Positions 55,500 through 64,000 of a stretch of DNA of 64,000 nt are shown here, one piece after another. The stretch lies in the NCBI GenBank assembly GCA_964016885.1, contig OZ024759.1, positions 31,062,001 through 31,126,000 on the forward strand. Reading direction: 5' to 3'. The stretch is from Eledone cirrhosa (Eukaryota). Position numbers and translations under genes: made by a program. Below the pieces are notes generated by a model that saw only the letters and a program-made list of their open reading frames with translations, searched no databases and had not been told where the DNA came from. Each line of letters begins with the position of its first letter. The first letter of the stretch is position 1.

Positions 55500-58400
55500 T
55501 AAAATGGCTAAAACTGCATCATAAATGACTAAAATAACACTAAAATTGCTAGAACGGCATCATAAAGGGCTAATATAACACTAAATTAGCTAAAACGGCA
55601 TCATAAATTACTAGAATGACAATAAAATGGCTAAAACGACATCCAAAATGGCCAAATTGTCTCTAAAATGAAGAAAACGGCATCATAAATGACTAAAATG
55701 ACACTGAAATGGCTAAAACGGCATCATCGATGACTAAAATGACAATAAAATGGCTAACACGTCATCATAAATGACTAACATGGCTGAAACGTCATCATAA
55801 ATAACTAAAATGGCTAAAAGGTCATCATAAAGGACTAAATTGTCTAAAGCGTCATCATAAACGACTAAAATGGCTAAAACGGCATTATAAATGACTAAAA
55901 TAACACTAAAATGGCTAAAACCGGCATCATAAATGACTTCAATGACACTAAAATGGCTAAAACGTCATCATCAATGATTAAAATAGCTAAAACGTTATCA
56001 TAAATGACTAAAACGGCACCATAAATGGCTAAAACGACATCATAAATGACTAAAATGGCTAAAACTGCATCATAAATGACTAAAATGACAAGGAAATGGT
56101 TAAAACGGCATCATAAATGGCTAAATTGACTCTAAAAGGGCTAAAACGGCATCATAAATGACTTAAATGACTCTAAAATGGCTAAAACATCATCATCAAG
56201 GATTAAAATAGCTAAAACGTTATCATAAATGACTAAAACGTCATCATATATTACTAGAATGGCTAAAACGGCATCATAAGTGACTAAAATGACACTAAAT
56301 TAGCTAAAACGGCATCATAAATGACTAAAATGACAATAAAATGGTTAAAACGGCATCATAAATGGCTAAATTGACTCTAAAAGGGCTAATACGGCATCAT
56401 AAATGACTTAAATGACTCTAAAATGGCTAAAACGTCATCATCAATGACTAGAATGGCTAAAACGGCATCATAAATGACTAAAATGACACTAAATTAGCTA
56501 AAACGGCATCATAAATGACTTAACATGGCAATAAAATGGCTAAAACGGCACCATAAATGGCTAAATTGGCTCTAAAATGATTACAACGTCATCATAAAGG
56601 ACTAAATTGGCTAAAACGTCATCATAAACGACTTAAATGGCTAAAACGGCATTAAAAATGACTGAAATCGCCGAAACGGCATCATAAATAAACAAACGTC
56701 ATCATAATTTAATTAAACGTAATCATAATTTACTTAAACCTCATCATAAAGGACTACATTGGCTAAAACGTCATGATAAATGACAAAAATTGCATCATAA
56801 CTGACTAAAATAACACAAAATTGGCTAAAACGGCATCATAAATGACTAGAATGACAATAAAATGTCTAAAACGACATCCGAAATGGCCAAATTGTCTCTA
56901 AAATGACTAAAACGTCATCATAAATGACTACAATTGCTAAAACATCATCATAAATGACTAAAATTGCTAAAACAGCATCATAAATGACTAAAATAGCTTA
57001 AAAATGCATCATAAATGACTAAAATGACACTGAAATGGCTAAAACGGCATCATAAATGACTAAAATGACAATAAAATGACTAAAACGGCAACATAAATGG
57101 CTAAATTGACTCTAAAATGGCTAAAACGTCATCATAAATAGCTAACATGGCCGAAACGTCATCATAAATAGCTACAATGGCTAAAAAGTCATCATAAAGA
57201 CTAAATTGTCTAAAACTTCATCATAAACGACTAAAATGGCTAAAACGGCATCATAAATGATTAAATTGCACTAAAATGGCTAAAACCTCATAATCAATGA
57301 TTAAAATAGCTAAAACGTTATCATAAATGACTAAAACTTTATCATAAATGACTAAAATGACAATAAAATGGTTAAAACGGCATCATAAACGACTAAATTG
57401 ACTCTAAAAAGGCTACAACGGCATCATAAATGACTTCAATGACTCTAAAATGGCTAAAACCTCATAATAAATGATTAAAATAGCTAAAACGTTATCATAA
57501 ATGACTAAAACTTTATCATAAATGACTAAAATGACAATAAAATGGTTAAAACGGCATCATAAACGACTAAAATGGCTAAAACGGCATTATAAATGACTGA
57601 AATGGCTGAAACGTCATCATAAATAAACAAACGTCATCATAATTTACTTAAACGTCATCATAAAGGAGTACATTGGCTAAAACGTCATCATAAATGACTA
57701 AAATTGCATCATAAATGACTAAAATAACACTAAAATTGCTAAAACAGCATCATAAATGACTAGAATGACAGTAAAATGGCTAGAACGGCATCATAAAGAA
57801 CTAATATGACACTAAATTGGCTAAAACGGCATCATAAATGACTAGAATGACAATAAAATGGCTAAAACGACATCCAAAATGGCCAAATTGTCTCTAAAAT
57901 GACTAAAACGTCATCATAAATGACTAGAATGACAATAAAATGGCTAAAACGACATCCAAAATGGCCAAATTGTCTCTAAAATGACTAAAACGTCATCATA
58001 AATGACTAAAATTGCTAAAACAGCATAATAAATGACTAAAATAGCTAAAAACGTCATCATAAATGACTAAAATGACACTAAATTAGCTAAAACGGCATCA
58101 TAAATGACTTAAGACGGCAATAAAATGGCTGAGACGACACCATAAATGGCCAAATTGACTCTAAAATGGGTAAAACTGCATCATAAATGACTAAAATAAC
58201 ATTAGATTGCTAAATCAGCATCATAAATGACTAAAATGACAGTAAAATGGCTAGAACGGCATCATAAAGGTCTAATATAACACTAAATTGGCTAAAACGG
58301 CATTATAAATGACTAGAATGACAATAAATGGCTAAAACGACATCCAAAATGGCCAAATTGTCTCTAAAATGACTAAAACGTCATCATAAATGACTAAAAT

Positions 58401-61400
58401 TGCTAAAACAGCATAATAAATGACTAAAATAGCTAAAAACGGCATCATAAATGACTAAAATGACACTAAATTAGCTAAAACGGCATCATAAATGACTTAA
58501 GACGGCAATAAAATGGCTGAGACGACACCATAAATGGCCAAACTGACTCTAAAATGGGTAAAACTGCATCATAAATGACTAAAATAACATTAGATTGCTA
58601 AATCAGCATCATAAATGACTAAAATGACAGTAAAATGGCTAGAACGGCATCATAAAGGTCTAATATAACACTAAATTGGCTAAAACGGCTTCATAAATGA
58701 CTAGAATGACAATAAAATGGCTAAAACGACATCCAAAATGGCCAAATTGTCTCTAAAATGACTAAAACGTCATCATAAATGACTAAATTGCTAAAACAGC
58801 ATCATAAATGACTAAAATAGCTAAAAACGGCATCATAAATTACTAAATTGACACTGAAAGGCTAAAACGGCATCATAAATGACTAAAATGACAATAAAAT
58901 GGCTAAAACGGCAGCATAAATGTCTAAATTGACTCTAAAATGGCTAACACGTCATCATAAATGACTAACATGGCTGAAACGTCATCTTAAATAACTAAAA
59001 TGGCTAAAAGGTCATCATAAAGGACTAAATTGTCTAAAACGTCATCATAAACGACTAAAATGGCTAAAACGGCATCATAAATGACTAAAATGACACTAAA
59101 ATGGCTAAAACCGGCATCATAAGTGGCTACATTGACACTAAAAGGGCTAAAACGGCATCATAAATGACTTCAATGACACTAAAATGGCTAAAACGTCATC
59201 ATCAATGATTAAAATAGCTAAAACGTTATCATAAATGACTAAAACGCCATCATAAATGACTAAAACGACACTAAATTAGCTAAAACGGCATCATAAATGA
59301 CTAAAATGACAATAAAATGGTTAAAACGGCATCATAAATGGCTAAATTGACTCTAAAAGGGCTAATACGGCATCATAAATGACTTAAATGACTCTAAAAT
59401 GGCTAAAACGTCATCATCAATGACTAGAATGGCTAAAACGGCATCATAAATGACTAAAATGACACTAAATTAGCTAAAACGGCATCATAAATGACTTAAC
59501 ATGGCAATAAAATGGCTAAAACGGCACCATAAATGGCTAAATTGGCTCTAAAATGACTAAAACGACATCATAAATGACTAAAATTCATAAAACCTCATCA
59601 TCAATGACTGAAATGGCTAAAACGGCATTATAAATGAGATAAACGTCATCATAAAGGACTACATTTGCTTAAATGTCATCATAAATGACTAAAATGGCTA
59701 AAACTGCATCATAAATGACTAAAATAACACTAAAATTGTTAAAACAGCATCATAAATGACTAAAATGACAATAAAATGGTTAAAACGGCATCATAAACGA
59801 CTAAATTGACTCTAAAAAGGCTACAACGGCATCATAAATGACTTCAATGACTCTAAAATGGCTAAAACCTCATAATAAATGATTAAAATAGCTAAAACGT
59901 TATCATAAATGACTAAAACTTTATCATAAATGACTAAAATGACAATAAAATGGTTAAAACGGCATCATAAACGACTAAAATGGCTAAAACGGCATTATAA
60001 ATGACTGAAATGGCTGAAACGTCATCATAAATAAACAAACGTCATCATAATTTACTTAAACGTCATCATAAAGGAGTACATTGGCTAAAACGTCATCATA
60101 AATGACTAAAATTGCATCATAAATGACTAAAATAACACTAAAATTGTTAAAACAGCATCATAAATGACTAAAATGACAGTAAAATGGCTAGAACGGCATC
60201 ATAAAGGACTAATATAACACTAAATTGGCTAAAACGGCATCATAAATGACTAGAATGACAATAAAATGGCTAAAACGACATCCAAAATGGCCAAATTGTC
60301 TCTAAAATAGCTAAAAACGGCATCATAAATGACTAAAATGCCACTGAAATGGCTAAAACGGCATCATAAACGACTTAAATGACAATAAAATGGCTAAAAC
60401 GGCAACAGAAATGGTTAAATTGACTCTAAAATGGCTAAAACGTCATCATAAAAAAATAACATGGCTGAAACGTCATCATAAATAACGAAAATGGCTAAAA
60501 GGTCATCATAAATCACTAAATTGTCTAAAACGGCATCATAAATGACTAAAATGGCTAAAACCGGCATCATAAATGACTAAATTGACTCTAAAAGGGCTAC
60601 AACGGCATCATAAATGACTTCAATTACTGTAAAATGGCTAAAACGTCATCATCAATTATTGAAATAGCTAAAACGTTATCATAAATCACTAAAACGTCAT
60701 CATAAATGACTAAAATGACACTAAATTAGCTAAAACGGCATCATAAATAACTAAAATGACAATAAAATGGTTAAAACGGCATCATAAATGGCTAAATTGA
60801 CTCTAAAATGACTAAAACGACATCATAAATGACTAAAACGTCATCATAAATGACTAGAATGGCTAAAACGGCATTACAAATGACTAAAATGACAAGAAAA
60901 TGGTTAAAACGACATCATAAATGGCAAAATTGACTCTAAAATGGCTAAAACGTCATCATCAAGGATTAAAATAGCTAAAACGTTATCATAAATGACTAAA
61001 ACGTCATCATAAATTACTAGAATGTCTAAAACGGCATCAGAAATGACTAAAATGACACTAAATTAGCTAAAACGGCATCATAAGTGACTTAAGATGGCAA
61101 TAAAATGGCTAAAACGGCATCATAAGTGACTTAAGATGGCAATAAAATGGCTAAAACGGCACCATAAATGGCTAAATTGGCTCTAAAATGACTAACACGG
61201 CATCATAAATGACTAAAATGGATAAAACCTCATCATAAATGACTAAAATGGCTAAAACGGCATTATAAATGACTAAAACGTCATCATAAAAGACTAAACT
61301 GGCTAAAACGTCATCATAAACGACTAAAATGACTAAAACGGCATTATAAATGACTAAAACGTCATCATAAGTGACTAAATTGCCACTAAATTAGCTAAAA

Positions 61401-63636
61401 CGACATCATAAGTGACTTAAGATGGCAATAAAATGGCTAAAACGGCACCATAAATGGCTAAATTGGCTCTAAAATTACTAAAACGGCATCATAAATGACT
61501 AAAATGTCATCATAAATGACTAAAACCTCATCATAAATGACTAAAATGGTTAAAACGGCATTATAAATGACTAAAACGTCATCATAAAGGACTAAATTGG
61601 CTAAAACGCCATCATAAACGACTAAAATGGCTAAAACGGCATCATATATGACTAGAATGACAATAAAATGGCTAAAACGACATCCAAAATAGCCAAATTG
61701 TCTCTAAAATGACTAAAACGTCATCATAAATGACTAAAATTGCTAAAACAGCATCATAAATGAATAAAATGGCTAAAACAGCATCATAAATGACTAAAAT
61801 GGCTAAAACAGCATCATAAATGACTAAAATTACACTAAAATGGCTAAAACCGGCATCATAAATGGCTATATTGACTCTAAACGGGCTAAAACGGCATCAT
61901 AAATGACTTCAATGACTCTAAAATGGTTAAAACGTCATAATCAATGATTAAAATAGCTAAATCGTTATCATAAATGACTAAAACGTCATCATAAATGACT
62001 GAAATGACGCTAAATTAGCTAAAACGGCATCATAAATGACTAAAATCACAATAAAATGGTTAAAACGGCATCATAAATGGCTAAATTGACTCTAAAAGGG
62101 CTAAAACGGCATCATAAATGACTTAAATGACTCTCAAATGGTTAAAACGTCATAATCAATGATTAAAATAGCTAAATCGTTATCATAAATGACTAAAACG
62201 TGATCATAAATGACTAAAATGACACTAAATTAGCTAAAACGGCATCATAAATGACTAAAATGACAATAAAATGGTTAAAACGGCATCATAAATGGCTAAA
62301 TTGACTCTAAAAGGGCTAAAACGGCATCATAAATGACTTAAATGACTCTCAAATGGCTAAAACGTCATCATCAATTATTAAAATAGCTAAAACGTTATCA
62401 TAAATGACTAAAACGTCATCATAAATGACTAGAATGGCTAAAACGGCATCATAAATGACTAAAATGACACTAAATTAGCTAAAACGGCATCATAAATGAC
62501 TAAAATCACAATATAATGGTTAAAACGGCATCATAAATGGCTAAATTGACTCTAAAAGGGCTAAAACGGCATCATAAATGACTTAAATGACTCTCAAATG
62601 GCTAAAACGTCATCATCAATTATTAAAATAGCTAAAACGTTATCATAAATGACTAAAACGTCATCATAAATGACTAGAATGGCTAAAACGGCATCATAAA
62701 TGACTAAAATGACACTAAATTAGCTAAAACGGCATCATAAGTGACTTAAGATGGCAATAAAATGGCTAAAACGGCACCATAAATGGCTAAATTGGCTCTA
62801 AAATTACTAAAATGGATAAAACCTCATCATAAATGGCTAAAATGGCCTCATAAATGACTAAAATGACACTGAAATGGCTAAAACAGCATCATAAATGACT
62901 AAAATGACACTAAATTGGCTAAAACGGCATCATAAATGATTAAATGACCACAAAATGGCTAAAACGACATCATAACTGGCTAAAGTGACTATAAAATGGC
63001 GTAAACGTCCTCATAAATGACTGAAATGGCTAAAACGGCATCATAAATCACTAAAATGGCAACATAAATGACTAAAACGTCATCATAAATTACTAAAACG
63101 TCATCATGAATGACTAAATTGGCTACAACCGCATCATAAATGACTAAAACATCATCATAAATGACTAAAATGGCTAAAACGTCATCATAAATGACTAAAA
63201 TGGCTAAAACGGCATCACAAATGACTAAATTGTCTCCAAAATGGCTAATTCGGCATCATAAATGACTAAAGAGTCATCATAAATGACTAAAACGTCATCA
63301 TAAATGACGAAATTCGCTAAAACCGCATCAAAAATGACACTAAAAAGACTAAAATGGCATCATAAATGACTAAAATGACACTAAAATGGCTAAAATGGCA
63401 TCAAATATGACTAAAATGACACTAAAATGGATAAAACGTTATCATAAATGACTAAAGCGTCATCATAAATGACTAAAATGACACTACAATGACTATAACA
63501 GCATCATAAATGACTAAAATGTCACTAAAATTGCTAAAACGGCCTTATAAATGACTATAATGACTCTAAAATGGCTAAAACGTCATCATCAATGATTCAA
63601 ATGGCTAAAACGTCCTCATAAATGACTAAAATGACT
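55495..63636 (-). repeat. Same satellite in reverse-complement orientation, right arm (8.1 kb)
   Basis: CATCATAAATGACTAAAATGGCTAAAACG units. The orientation switches abruptly at 55495-55500. Confidence 0.97.
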
Positions 63637-64000
63637 ATTAAAATGCCAATATCTGTACAGCAAGGATGTTGTAGCATTCTCGTATTCTATTAATCTTCAA
63701 TCCTTTTATTGTTTACCATTTACCTTATAAAAGAAACAGCACTATGGATTGAAAGTAGAAATCAATGCAGGAATAATTATATAAAAATCAACACAGAATA
63801 AAATGGTTGTATATTTTCATTAACATTTATTACACATATTACATTACAGCCAATAATGTTACAATGATAACAGCAGTTTTGTCTCTCTTTTCAATCTTTC
63901 CTTTTTTGTTATTCTATTCTTTTGTATTAAAATTACTTAAAATATTTTTATAGTTATTTTAGGTTTTCTTCCATAATGTTTTATGAATTTTTTTTTCTGT

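Noticed and set aside
49098-63636. CRISPR array, telomeric array or repetitive protein gene (ORF 54501-54716)
   Set aside because: There are no unique spacers and no cas genes. The units are not TTAGGG/TTAGG. Units of 41 bp and frequent stop codons break all frames.

Overview
AT-rich, repeat-dominated eukaryotic DNA, most likely from an octopod/cephalopod (inferred from the SINE types and the extreme (TA)n/(CA)n/(TAA)n density). No complete protein-coding gene is recognisable, and almost all ORFs in the track are microsatellite artefacts. Positions 1-49 kb are a mosaic of microsatellites and retroelement relics: many Penelope-like element (PLE) fragments inserted in (TA)n, including one with a GIY-YIG endonuclease ORF; several minimal type-I hammerhead ribozymes (HHRs); about a dozen short fold-back palindromes, many turning inside or next to the ribozyme; R4/Dong-type RLE LINE ends in (CATA)n and (TAA)n; RTE and L1/Tx1 ends; Deu/Nin- and CORE-type tRNA SINEs; two DNA-transposon relics; and a few weak exon candidates. 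Positions 49.1-63.6 kb are one ~14.5 kb satellite array (21/30/41-bp units) that reverses orientation at ~55,497. Its two outer ends are collinear mirror images, so the array has the layout of a giant foldback-type palindrome. All coordinates and alignments were read by eye, and element boundaries are approximate.
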